The notes beneath the pieces were generated by a model, which had not been told where the DNA came from, made no database searches, and saw nothing but the letters and a program-made list of their open reading frames with translations. Position numbers and translations under genes: made by a program. A stretch of DNA of 64,000 nucleotides from Lachnospiraceae bacterium (lineage in GTDB: Bacteria; Bacillota; Clostridia; Lachnospirales; Lachnospiraceae). Shown one piece after another: positions 18,324 through 27,456 of this stretch. Where the stretch lies: NCBI GenBank assembly GCA_017460845.1, contig JAFUAE010000108.1, positions 15,567 to 79,566 on the forward strand, written 5' to 3'. The first letter of the stretch is position 1; every line of letters starts with the position of its first letter.

Positions 18324-19700
18324 TTATGCCATACGTTCCGGCTTAAAGACCTCATCAAACTTCTCTGCGCTCAGGAAGCCGAGCTTCAGGCACGCTTCCC
18401 TGAGCGAAATGCCTTCCGCATAGGCAAGCTTGGCTGTCTTCGCCGCATTTTCATATCCGATATACGGATTCAGCGCCGTCACGAGCATCAGGGAATTATG
18501 CAGGTTGTGACGCATCTTCTCCCTGTCTGCAGTGATGCCGGACGCACAGTGAAGGTCGAAGGAAATGATGGAATCCGCCAGCAGTCTTGCCGACTGGATA
18601 AAGTTGTACGCAAGCACGGGCATGAAGACATTCAGCTCGAAATTGCCCTGGCTGGCCGCTATCCCGACGGCAGTGTCATTTCCCATGACCTGTACCGCGA
18701 CCATCGTCACCTGTTCGCACTGGGTCGGGTTGACCTTGCCCGGCATGATGGAGGAGCCCGGCTCGTTTTCGGGGATCCTGATCTCCCCGAGGCCGTCGCG
18801 CGGTCCCGAAGCCAGCCACCTGACATCGTTCGCGATCTTCATCATGTCCGCCGCCAGTGCCTTGAGCGCCCCGTGCGCAAATACCAGCTCGTCCTTGGAG
18901 GTCAGCGCGTGGAATTTGTTTTCCGCAGTGCCGAAGGCCTTGCCGGTAAGCTCCGAGACCGCCGCCGCCACTTCCCTGTCAAAGCCCTTCGGCGCATTCA
19001 GGCCCGTGCCGACCGCAGTGCCGCCGAGTGCAAGCTTCCTGAGTGCCGGAAGGGAGGCGTCGATCAGCTGGATATCCCTTTCCAGGCTTGCCCGCCATCC
19101 GGAGATCTCCTGTGAAAAACGGATCGGGGTCGCGTCCTGCAGATGCGTCCTGCCGGATTTGACGATCCCGCGGTTTTCCTTTTCCAGGTGCTTAAAGGTC
19201 GCGATCAGCTGTCTCACCGCAGGCTTTACGCGGTCCTCCAGGATCGTGACCGCCGCAATATGCATGGCTGTCGGATATGTATCGTTGGAGGACTGGGACA
19301 TATTGACATCATCGTTCGGATGCAGCAGCTTCCTGCCTGCGAGCTCATTGCCCCTGTTCGCGATCACCTCATTGGCGTTCATGTTGGACTGGGTGCCTGA
19401 GCCTGTCTGCCAGACGACCAGCGGGAAATGCTCCATCAGGTCCCCCGAGGCGACCTCTGCCGCTGCCTGACGGATAACACCTAGCTTTTCCTCCGTCATC
19501 TTTTCCGGGCGCAGCCTGCTGTTTGCGATCGCTGCGGCCCCCTTCAGGATGCCGAACGCCCGGATGATCTCTTCCGGCATGGTCTCCAGTCCGACGCCGA
19601 TCCGGAAGTTATTTCTGCTGCGTTCCGTCTGTGCGCCCCAGTACCTGTCGGCGGGCACACTGACTTCGCCCATGGAATCATGTTCGATACGGTATTCCAT
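18324..19700 (-). CDS. fumC: Class II fumarate hydratase
   Basis: 458 aa. Contains GSSIMPGKVNPTQCE (the fumarate lyase signature) and an N-terminus YRIEHDSMGEVSVPADRYWGAQTERS typical of FumC. Confidence 0.93.
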   Translation of the reverse strand: MEYRIEHDSMGEVSVPADRYWGAQTERSRNNFRIGVGLETMPEEIIRAFGILKGAAAIANSRLRPEKMTEEKLGVIRQAAAEVASGDLMEHFPLVVWQTGSGTQSNMNANEVIANRGNELAGRKLLHPNDDVNMSQSSNDTYPTAMHIAAVTILEDRVKPAVRQLIATFKHLEKENRGIVKSGRTHLQDATPIRFSQEISGWRASLERDIQLIDASLPALRKLALGGTAVGTGLNAPKGFDREVAAAVSELTGKAFGTAENKFHALTSKDELVFAHGALKALAADMMKIANDVRWLASGPRDGLGEIRIPENEPGSSIMPGKVNPTQCEQVTMVAVQVMGNDTAVGIAASQGNFELNVFMPVLAYNFIQSARLLADSIISFDLHCASGITADREKMRHNLHNSLMLVTALNPYIGYENAAKTAKLAYAEGISLREACLKLGFLSAEKFDEVFKPERMA

Positions 19701-19843
19701 TTCTTTTCTCCCTTAAAGCTGTTCGCAGCAGCCTCATGCCTCACCGGCAAAGCACATATGCCAAAGAGGTGCCCGAACAGTTATCTCTTTTTCAGAAAGA
19801 CCGCCGCCCCTTTTTAAGGAGCATGCGGTCCTGAGCTTATATT

Positions 19844-21019
19844 TTAAATACGTGCGACCCCTGACTTCCTTGCCGCTTCTGCAACTGCAGACGCAACGGC
19901 GTCCTTGACTCTCGGATCGAAGGCTGCCGGGAGGATATAGTCCGCATTCAGCTCTTCATCGGAGATCAGGCCTGCGATCGCATGTGCCGCAGCGATCTTC
20001 ATTTCATCATTGATATCGCTCGCCCGCACATCCAGCGCGCCGCGGAAGATGCCCGGGAATGCCAGTACGTTATTGACCTGGTTCGGATAATCGCTGCGGC
20101 CCGTGGAGATGACCTTTGCGCCGCCTGCCTTTGCGTCGTCCGGGAAGATCTCCGGCGTCGGGTTTGCGCAGGCGAATACGATCGCATCCCTGTTCATGGT
20201 CTTTACCATTTCCGTCGTCAGAACGCCCGGAGCCGAAACGCCGATAAAGGCATCCGCGCCCCTGATCACGTCCGCAAGCTGTCCCTGCTCCCTGTTCGGG
20301 TTGGTGATGCGGGCAAGCTCTTCCTTGAACGGATTCATATTTTCCGTACGTCCCTCATAGATCGCGCCCTTTCTGTCGCAGAGCACGACATTTTTCAGGC
20401 CCGCGGAAACGAGGAGCTTCACGATCGCGGTCGCTGCAGCGCCTGCACCGTTAACTACCAGCTTGATATCCTCCAGCTTCTTGTCCACGACCTTGAGGGC
20501 GTTGGTCAGGCCGGCAAGGGTAATGACTGCCGTACCATGCTGGTCATCGTGGAAGATCGGAATATCACAGATCTGTTTAAGCTTCTGCTCGATCTCAAAG
20601 CAGCGCGGTGCCGAAATATCCTCGAGGTTCACGCCTCCGAAGGATCCTGCGAGCAGGGCCACTGTCTTTACGATATCATCCACTTCCTTCGAACGGATGC
20701 ACAGCGGGACCGCATCGACATCGCCAAATGCCTTGAACAGCACGCATTTTCCTTCCATGACCGGCATGCCGGCTTCCGGTCCGATATCACCAAGGCCGAG
20801 AACAGCGGTACCGTCGGTCACGACTGCGACCATGTTCCAGCGGCGGGTGAGTTCGTAGCTCTTGTTCACGTCCTTCGAGATCTCAAGGCTGGCCTGCGCA
20901 ACGCCGGGCGTATAAGCCAGGGACAGAGATTCCTTGTCGTTGACTGCGGCGCGCGGGACGACTTCCAGCTTGCCTTTCCACTCGTAATGCTTCTTTAATG
21001 ATTCCTCAGCGTAGTTCAT
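19844..21019 (-). CDS. NAD(P)-dependent malic enzyme (short form without a PTA domain)
   Basis: 391 aa. Contains LSLAYTPGVAQASLEI, VVTDGTAVLGLGDIGPEAGMPVMEGK, FGGVNLEDISAP and VVNGAGAAATA (Rossmann fold). Confidence 0.9.
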   Translation of the reverse strand: MNYAEESLKKHYEWKGKLEVVPRAAVNDKESLSLAYTPGVAQASLEISKDVNKSYELTRRWNMVAVVTDGTAVLGLGDIGPEAGMPVMEGKCVLFKAFGDVDAVPLCIRSKEVDDIVKTVALLAGSFGGVNLEDISAPRCFEIEQKLKQICDIPIFHDDQHGTAVITLAGLTNALKVVDKKLEDIKLVVNGAGAAATAIVKLLVSAGLKNVVLCDRKGAIYEGRTENMNPFKEELARITNPNREQGQLADVIRGADAFIGVSAPGVLTTEMVKTMNRDAIVFACANPTPEIFPDDAKAGGAKVISTGRSDYPNQVNNVLAFPGIFRGALDVRASDINDEMKIAAAHAIAGLISDEELNADYILPAAFDPRVKDAVASAVAEAARKSGVARI

Positions 21020-21107
21020 CTTGCATCCTTTCCTTAATATTCATAAATCGGCTCATGGCCGGGGTTTACTATTCCAAAAAATTCCATATCTTTTAATCTC
21101 GTAAATG

Positions 21108-21172
21108 ATGTAAGACGGATTGTTCCGCACTTCGTGCTCCCACTGATGAGCAAGCTCATCATGGGATCATGG
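21108..21172 (-). repeat. Minimal copy of the repeat family (D), reverse orientation
   Basis: GTAAGACGGATTGTTCCGCACTTCGTGCTCCCACTGATGAGCAAGCTCATCATGG. Mini-hairpin is GCAC-TTC-GTGC (21127-21137) and the palindrome is GATGAGC-AA-GCTCATC. It aligns with module CATAAGTCCCGGATTGCTCCGTGCTTCGCACTC of copy B. Confidence 0.7.
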
Positions 21173-21182
21173 CTTCTGACCC

Positions 21183-22544
21183 TTACATCCATATGATCCA
21201 TAACAATATATATCCCGTCAGGACTGCGATCAGCGTGAAGGGCACGGAATAATTCATGAATTCGGCGGTTTTTACCTCATATCCTTCTTTTCTGAGAATG
21301 CCGATGCCGGTGATATTGGCGGAAGCGCCGATCGGGGTCAGGTTGCCGCCGAGCGTCGCGCCGACGATCAGACCGAAATACAGCAGGTTCGGATCGATAT
21401 CAAGCCCTCCCGCCGCAGAGAGCCGTTTTGCCACGACTGCCACGACAGGCAGCATTGTCGCCGTATAGGGGATGTTATCAATAAAGGCCGAAAGCAGGAC
21501 CGAAGCCCAGACGATGACCGTATAGACCAGAAACACGGAGGCCCTGGACCCGTCTCCGCTTAATGAGGCGAGCAGCGAACCGATATAATCGATCAGTCCC
21601 GCTCTTTCAACGCCGCCGATCACAATAAAAAGACCTGTCAGCAGCGCGATCGTATAGTAATCGATCTCCTGGATCGCATTCAGGACTTTATCAAAGGTCC
21701 TGTCCGTATTGACCTGATTTGCCAGCGCGATCAGGAAAAAGAACAGGCAGATCGCACCGTTTGTGATGCCGGGCTTGTAAAACTGCCCGGGCGCTGCATT
21801 TTCCTTATAAGGAATAAATGAAACCAGGATCAGCGAAATGATGGTAGAAAACAGAAGAATCGCCGGGACACGATCCCTTACCTCCGTCTTGCGTTCGACA
21901 TGGATCTCGGCGTTATTACCGCGGAACATATACAGGATGACGAATGAGGTCACCAGCGCGCCCGCCTCCGTGACCCAGAACATGCCGGGCTTTCCTTTTA
22001 CAAAAAAGAAATCCATAAAATCGAGTCCGGCCTGCTTGGCCAGCAGAAGTGAGGTCGTGTCGCCGACCAGGGTAGCCGCTCCCTGCAGATTGGAGGAGAT
22101 GGAAATGCATATGATCGCCGGAACCGGTGAAATATTGAGGCTCCTGCAGATCGAAAGCGCAACCGGCGCGATCATCAGCACAGTCGCGACATTATCCACA
22201 AAGGCTGAAATAATACCTGCAAACAGCGACAGCGCCAGGACCATGATCTTGACCGAATGCACTCTTGCTACGATCAGGTCGCTCATACGGTCCGGCATGC
22301 CGGAATCGATAAACAGAAAAACCGTGCCCATGGTGCCGCTGATCATCATCAGCACATTCCAGTCGACCGCGCGGATCGCATCGATCCACGAATATTGAAA
22401 TCCCGGAAGTATGCCGATGCTGCCGATGATCACAAAAACCAGAGCAGATACGATCGATACATGAGGCCTGATTTTCTGAAAGGAAAACATCAGGACATAG
22501 GTAATAATAAAAATACAAAGTGCTGTCAGTATCGTTATGTTCAT
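21183..22544 (-). CDS. Anion permease of the ArsB/NhaD/SLC13-like (IT) superfamily; candidate C4-dicarboxylate carrier
   Basis: 453 aa polytopic membrane protein with the two-repeat organisation typical of ion-transporter superfamily permeases. The substrate is inferred only from its position next to malic enzyme and fumarase. Confidence 0.6.
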   Translation of the reverse strand: MNITILTALCIFIITYVLMFSFQKIRPHVSIVSALVFVIIGSIGILPGFQYSWIDAIRAVDWNVLMMISGTMGTVFLFIDSGMPDRMSDLIVARVHSVKIMVLALSLFAGIISAFVDNVATVLMIAPVALSICRSLNISPVPAIICISISSNLQGAATLVGDTTSLLLAKQAGLDFMDFFFVKGKPGMFWVTEAGALVTSFVILYMFRGNNAEIHVERKTEVRDRVPAILLFSTIISLILVSFIPYKENAAPGQFYKPGITNGAICLFFFLIALANQVNTDRTFDKVLNAIQEIDYYTIALLTGLFIVIGGVERAGLIDYIGSLLASLSGDGSRASVFLVYTVIVWASVLLSAFIDNIPYTATMLPVVAVVAKRLSAAGGLDIDPNLLYFGLIVGATLGGNLTPIGASANITGIGILRKEGYEVKTAEFMNYSVPFTLIAVLTGYILLWIIWM

Positions 22545-22589
22545 TGAATCAGATATATCTCCTCCCGTCCGTTCCGGACGCGCACATAA

Positions 22590-23165
22590 TTATAACAGAA
22601 GTTGGAAAGCCTGATAACCCGTCAGTATTCCATAACCGGTAAAAATGCAGAATGCAAGCCGTTTCAGTGTCTTTCCGGAGAAGCGGTCCTTCAGCAGGAT
22701 CCCTGCCGCAACGCCTGCCAGATCGGCTGCAAAAAGGCCCGTGGAACAGGCCAGCCAGACCGTCAGTGCCGCACCCATGCCTTCATTTGCACCGAAGGTA
22801 ATGGCTGTCAGCTGGGTCTTATCGCCGAGCTCCGCCGCAAAAAAAGTCAGAAATACGGAAACAGCCGCCGACCTCCCGTTTCCCCTGACCTCGGATCCTT
22901 CGTCCCCGTCATCTTCTTTGAGTGAAGTGAAGGCAAAGTATAAAAATGCTGCAGCCGCTGCCAGTTTGATCATCCACTCGGGAACCAGTTTGCTGACCAG
23001 GCCTCCTGCAAGGACTGCGATCCCGTTCAGGCAGAGGATCGCCGCCGCGGTGCCGAGCAGAATATCCCTCACCCTGTATCTGGAGGTCAGGGCAAGCAGC
23101 ATCAGCTGGGTCTTGTCTCCCATCTCCGCAATAAATTCCGTCAGCATGATTCTGAGAAAAAGCAT
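22590..23165 (-). CDS. GDT1/TMEM165 (UPF0016) family cation (Mn2+/Ca2+) transporter
   Basis: 191 aa with two copies of the family signature E-x-G-D-K-T: FIAEMGDKTQL and FAAELGDKTQL. Confidence 0.85.
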   Translation of the reverse strand: MLFLRIMLTEFIAEMGDKTQLMLLALTSRYRVRDILLGTAAAILCLNGIAVLAGGLVSKLVPEWMIKLAAAAAFLYFAFTSLKEDDGDEGSEVRGNGRSAAVSVFLTFFAAELGDKTQLTAITFGANEGMGAALTVWLACSTGLFAADLAGVAAGILLKDRFSGKTLKRLAFCIFTGYGILTGYQAFQLLL

Positions 23166-23359
23166 ATGGCAGCTCCATTTGATGTAATTTCGCCGGTGCG
23201 GTCCGAAAAGGTCTGACTGTCCGTTTTATTGGACATAAAAAGGGTTAGACTTCAGACATACGGCAAAGATAAGCCGGCAGGGTAAGTCCGGCAGAACATA
23301 GCAGCTGTCCCAAATGAAGGATATACAGCTGTCAGGTCACAGAACAGGAGGATCGGAAA

Positions 23360-23788
23360 ATGTCAAAAACCAGAAAAAACAATTTTTTAAAGGAACTCAG
23401 ACAAAACAAAGAATATATGCTCTTTTTGCACACCTCGCTGCTGAACTCCAGGTTTACCTGGTTCGTTGCGGCGCTCTGCATTCTCTTTACCGTTGCGGAA
23501 TATCATACGGGCGGCGCTTTCTCGGGATTTATGATCGCGATCCTGATCTATCTCCTTAATTATCTGGCGATCCTTTACACGGCTGCGCCGGCATTTGCCA
23601 TGAAAGGCCGCATCCAGAGAAAGGTCGTTTACGGGGAATATGTCGACTATACTGTCGAAAACAGCCATATCACCCGCAAGGTCCTGAGCGAAAAAACAGA
23701 CTACCAGGTCGGAGACGAAGTCTGGCTGTACCGTTTCAATCCCTGCTTTTTTATCAGCGAGGACAAGACCGGCATGGCTTCTGCCTGA
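23360..23788 (+). CDS. Hypothetical two-TM membrane protein
   Basis: 142 aa with two hydrophobic helices (FTWFVAALCILFTVA and GFMIAILIYLLNYLAILY). RBS GGAGGA lies 8 nt upstream and a terminator follows. No recognisable family motif. Confidence 0.55.
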   Translation: MSKTRKNNFLKELRQNKEYMLFLHTSLLNSRFTWFVAALCILFTVAEYHTGGAFSGFMIAILIYLLNYLAILYTAAPAFAMKGRIQRKVVYGEYVDYTVENSHITRKVLSEKTDYQVGDEVWLYRFNPCFFISEDKTGMASA

Positions 23789-23825
23789 AGCAGGACCAGC
23801 CCCGTGTTTCTCCAAGCTTTAAAAT

Positions 23826-23860
23826 CCCCGTCAGTCTCGGGGGCTGACGGGGATCTCTTT
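23826..23860 (+). terminator. Rho-independent terminator shared by convergent genes
   Basis: 9-bp stem CCCCGTCAG (23826-23834) with CTGACGGGG (23844-23852), followed by a T-rich ATCTCTTTTC tail. It lies between the 23360 gene and the pckA stop. Confidence 0.7.
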
Positions 23861-23876
23861 TCAACAATAATCGCTA

Positions 23877-25490
23877 TTAGAGCTGCGGGCCTGCAGCGGT
23901 GAGTTCCGCACCGCCTTCGATGCCCTCATATTTCTTGAAATTCTTGATGAAGCGGCCGGCCAGATCCTCTGCCTTTTTGTCCCATTCGGAGCCGTCTGCG
24001 TAAGTGTCTCTCGGATCAAGGATCCTGGTATCCACTCCGTTCAGCTCTGTCGGTACCTCAAAGTTGAAGTACGGGATCTTCTTGGTCGGTGCCTGATTGA
24101 TATCTCCGTTCAGGATCGCATCGATGATGCCTCTGGTATCCTTAATGGAAATACGCTTGCCGGTTCCGTTCCAGCCGGTATTGACAAGATATGCCTTCGC
24201 GCCGCTCATCTCCATTCTCTTTACAAGCTCCTGCGCATATTTTGTCGGAGGAAGCTCGAGGAACGCCTGTCCGAAGCACGCCGAGAAGGTCGGGGTCGGC
24301 TCGGTGATGCCGCGCTCTGTGCCTGCAAGCTTAGCGGTAAAGCCTGACAGGAAATAATACTGTGTCTGCTCCGGAGTCAGGATCGATACCGGCGGCAGTA
24401 CGCCGAAAGCATCCGCGGAAAGGAAGATCACGTTCTTTGCTGCCGGACCGGAAGAGGTCGGGCGTACCTTCTGAACGATCTTCTCGATGTGTGTGATCGG
24501 ATAGGACACACGGGTATTTTCGGTCACGCTCTTATCCGCAAAGTCGATTTTGCCGTTTTCATCCAGGGTGACGTTTTCCAGCAGCGCGTTCTTCTTGATC
24601 GCATTGTAGATATCCGGCTCTGAATCCTTGTCGAGGTTGATGACCTTTGCGTAGCAGCCGCCCTCAAAGTTAAAGACGCCGTTATCATCCCAGCCGTGCT
24701 CGTCGTCGCCGATCAGAAGTCTCTTCGGGTCTGTGGAAAGCGTTGTCTTGCCGGTTCCGGAAAGTCCGAAGAAGATCGCCGTATTCTCACCGTTCATATC
24801 GGTATTTGCGGAGCAGTGCATTGCAGCGATGCCCTTCAGCGGAAGGTAATAGTTCATCATGGAGAACATACCCTTCTTCATTTCTCCGCCGTACCAGGTA
24901 TTGATAATGACCTGCTCGCGGCTGGTAATGTTGAATGCGACTGCAGTCTCGGAATTAAGGCCCAGCTCCTTATAGTTCTCAACCTTTGCCTTGGAAGCAT
25001 TGTAAACGACGAAGTCTGGAGTGAAGTCCTTCAGCTCCTCCTCTGACGGAACGATGAACATGTTCTTGATAAAGTGTGCCTGCCATGCGACTTCCATGAT
25101 AAAGCGCACTGCCATGCGCGTATCCTTGTTGGCGCCGCAGAAGGCATCCACGACATAAAGCTTTTTGCCTGAAAGCTCTTTCTTCGCAATGTCCTTCAGG
25201 ACCTTCCAGTTTTCCTGGGACAGCTCGTGGTTGTCGTTCGGATAGCTCTCGCTGTTCCACCAGACGGTATCCTTTGAGTTTTCATCCATGACAATATACT
25301 TATCTTTCGGGGAACGGCCCGTATAAATGCCGGTCATGACATTGACAGCACCGAGCTCGCTGACCTGTCCCTTGTCATATCCGGTCAGCGCCGGATCATT
25401 TTCCGCTTCATAAAGCGCATCGTAGGACGGATTGTAAACGATCTCCGTAGTTCCCGTAATGCCATACTTTGTTAAATCAATATTTGCCAT
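23877..25490 (-). CDS. pckA: Phosphoenolpyruvate carboxykinase (ATP)
   Basis: Trimmed to the ATG at 25490 ([11 protein letters not shown]...), which follows AAGGAG. Contains [13 protein letters not shown] (kinase-1a P-loop), LIGDDEHGW and YLVNTGWNG, diagnostic for ATP-dependent PckA. Confidence 0.93.
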   Translation of the reverse strand: MANIDLTKYGITGTTEIVYNPSYDALYEAENDPALTGYDKGQVSELGAVNVMTGIYTGRSPKDKYIVMDENSKDTVWWNSESYPNDNHELSQENWKVLKDIAKKELSGKKLYVVDAFCGANKDTRMAVRFIMEVAWQAHFIKNMFIVPSEEELKDFTPDFVVYNASKAKVENYKELGLNSETAVAFNITSREQVIINTWYGGEMKKGMFSMMNYYLPLKGIAAMHCSANTDMNGENTAIFFGLSGTGKTTLSTDPKRLLIGDDEHGWDDNGVFNFEGGCYAKVINLDKDSEPDIYNAIKKNALLENVTLDENGKIDFADKSVTENTRVSYPITHIEKIVQKVRPTSSGPAAKNVIFLSADAFGVLPPVSILTPEQTQYYFLSGFTAKLAGTERGITEPTPTFSACFGQAFLELPPTKYAQELVKRMEMSGAKAYLVNTGWNGTGKRISIKDTRGIIDAILNGDINQAPTKKIPYFNFEVPTELNGVDTRILDPRDTYADGSEWDKKAEDLAGRFIKNFKKYEGIEGGAELTAAGPQL

Positions 25491-25618
25491 ATCAGAAATA
25501 CTCCTTTCTATGTCTCTTTTCATTCCGGAATGTCCGGCTCTTCGCCGGTCCCGTATCTGTGATCTTCTCTGAAGTAATGATTATACCATACCATGCCCGA
25601 GGTACAAGCAACATTTTC

Positions 25619-26440
25619 TCAATAACAGGTTTCCCTGTATACGAATTCCTTCCGAAGCTGCTCCTCCGTCATTGTCCGTCCCCAGTGGACGCCGCCGTAA
25701 TAAGAAGCCTCCGCAACCGTGATATATCCGTCGCCCTTTGTAAGTACGATCACGGAATGCCGGTTATTCTGCACCCGGATATGATCTCCGACCCTGAGCT
25801 CCGCCATGTCAAAGCTTGAGTCGGTCAGCGGCCTGGCGGGGGCACCGTAAAGGGAATCCTGCACATAGAAAATAAAGGCTGCGCAGCCGTACCCGTATCG
25901 CTGTCCGGAAATATAGAGTTCATTTTCTCCCCAGGGTGTTCCGTCCGGATACTTGCTTCTGATCACCATCAGCCTGCGATAGGCTTCTTCGTCAGAAATA
26001 TCCGAATGTGTCGCGTTTTCTTCGCTGAATCCGTTCTGCAGCGGATTGATCGCATTTGCCGGTACTTCATGGACAGAATCCGCTTTTTCCACCTGCCCGC
26101 CCGGCACCCAGATGTTCGGGAATGCCTGTACGACGCCGTTTTTAGTCCATGCGCCGTTCTCGTCTACAGTATAATTGTCGGGGCGTAGGGGAGCCGCCAG
26201 CATATACCCGTCCGGATTGAAGTAATAGCTTTCCGCAAGGCCGTCCCCGTTGCCGTCGATCCACACCCAGACACCTGCCGGTTCGGCACCGCTGCTGCTG
26301 CGCCAGCGCCAGTTCGTGACGCCGCCGGCATTTGCAGCACGGGAAGGATCCTGGTACCAGCTGCCCGCCAGGGCCGTAAAGCTGAAAACAGCTGCAGCCA
26401 GCACCCCGGCCGCAGCTGAACATAATACTTTCTTCATCAT
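25619..26440 (-). CDS. Secreted protein with cell-wall-binding repeats and a C-terminal putative papain-like (Cys/His) domain
   Basis: 273 aa with a signal peptide (AAVFSFTALAGS). Contains GW/Y-rich repeats (GVWVWIDGNGDGLAESYYFNPDGYMLA; VDENGAWTKNG). The C-terminus has GYGCAAFIFYV ... NNRHSVIVL. Catalytic function is not established. Confidence 0.5.
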   Translation of the reverse strand: MMKKVLCSAAAGVLAAAVFSFTALAGSWYQDPSRAANAGGVTNWRWRSSSGAEPAGVWVWIDGNGDGLAESYYFNPDGYMLAAPLRPDNYTVDENGAWTKNGVVQAFPNIWVPGGQVEKADSVHEVPANAINPLQNGFSEENATHSDISDEEAYRRLMVIRSKYPDGTPWGENELYISGQRYGYGCAAFIFYVQDSLYGAPARPLTDSSFDMAELRVGDHIRVQNNRHSVIVLTKGDGYITVAEASYYGGVHWGRTMTEEQLRKEFVYRETCY

Positions 26441-26461
26441 ATAGAATCTTTCTCCGTCAGC

Positions 26462-27133
26462 TTACCAGTTAAACTCGCTGCCGGTTTTGTCAGCCCTGCT
26501 CTCCAGATTTTTCACAAAGCTGCTGACCATCTCCTGAAATTCATCCTCAGGGATCGCCTTGCCGTCTGCCATAACTCTGTCAAACACGAGATGATAGAAA
26601 TTTGCCCGCTCTGTCTCCGGAGAAATACTGTCCCTGACGATCGGCCTGATGGAATACAGATACTCCAGGATCGCCTCGATATTGTCCGGAATGATTTCGT
26701 TGATCCTGTCCTTGAAATAGACGGATGCCCTCGGGCTGGCGCCTTCTGTGGTAATGCCGATGGAAAGCATGCCCTTTTTGACGAGTGCGGGGAAAATAAA
26801 TGAGCAGTCCGCAACACGGTCGACAACATTGACCGGGATCTTATGCTCCTTGCAGTATACGGAGATTTCGTGATTCAGCTCGTTGTTGTTGGTCGCTGAA
26901 ATTACAAGTCCCGCATCCTCGATATCCTTCCATTCAAATCCGCGCTCCACGATCGTAATCTTCTGCTCATACGCGTTGAACGCTCTCATCTGGTCGCTGA
27001 TAAACGGAGCCACGACCGTGATCTTCGGACCATAAGGCAGCAGCTTGTCGACCTTGCCGCAGGCGATGTGTCCGCCTCCGACCACAACAGCCTTCATGCC
27101 TTCTATATCAAAATAAAACGGAAAATAACTCAT
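26462..27133 (-). CDS. Precorrin-2 dehydrogenase / sirohydrochlorin ferrochelatase (SirC/Met8/CysG-N type)
   Basis: 223 aa. N-terminal Rossmann motif is AVVVGGGHIACGKVDKLL. Length and layout match the siroheme synthase N-terminal module. Confidence 0.8.
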   Translation of the reverse strand: MSYFPFYFDIEGMKAVVVGGGHIACGKVDKLLPYGPKITVVAPFISDQMRAFNAYEQKITIVERGFEWKDIEDAGLVISATNNNELNHEISVYCKEHKIPVNVVDRVADCSFIFPALVKKGMLSIGITTEGASPRASVYFKDRINEIIPDNIEAILEYLYSIRPIVRDSISPETERANFYHLVFDRVMADGKAIPEDEFQEMVSSFVKNLESRADKTGSEFNW

Positions 27134-27256
27134 ATGACATCTCCTTTGTCTGTATCATGTCGTTTATCTTTGTCCTGATATGCTAAAAATCTTATTTATT
27201 ATAACTTATAATTTTCTTATGTAAAAGAGAAAAGCAAAAAAGGAACAAGAACCGTC

Positions 27257-27435
27257 GGGGCACGGTGCGGGCCGTCAGACTGCCCAGACCATGCAGAATG
27301 CAATTCACGCGGTCTTCCGGCTTGTCTATCCTCGAAAAATGCTAAGCACGCATTTTTCTACGGCTATCCTGCGCCATAAGACCTGGAATTGCGATTCCAC
27401 AGATCTACAGCATCTGACGGCCCGCACCGTGCCCC
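27257..27435. repeat. 179-bp element closed by a perfect 23-bp inverted repeat, inserted between two siroheme genes
   Basis: GGGGCACGGTGCGGGCCGTCAGA (27257-27279) is the exact reverse complement of TCTGACGGCCCGCACCGTGCCCC (27413-27435). The interior is itself imperfectly palindromic (GCAATTC/GAATTGC, GGTCTT/AAGACC), with a central hairpin GAAAAATGC-TAAGCAC-GCATTTTTC. Confidence 0.9.
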
Positions 27436-27456
27436 TCCGAAAGCATTTTGCCCGCG

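Noticed and set aside
23166-23359. yybP-ykoY (Mn2+) riboswitch upstream of the GDT1/UPF0016 transporter
   Set aside because: The family context fits, and a CAGACCUUUUC segment resembles the 3' conserved half. I could not find the conserved GGGGAGUAG 5' element or the matching P1 pairing on the minus strand. An Infernal scan with RF00080 would be needed, so I am not calling it.
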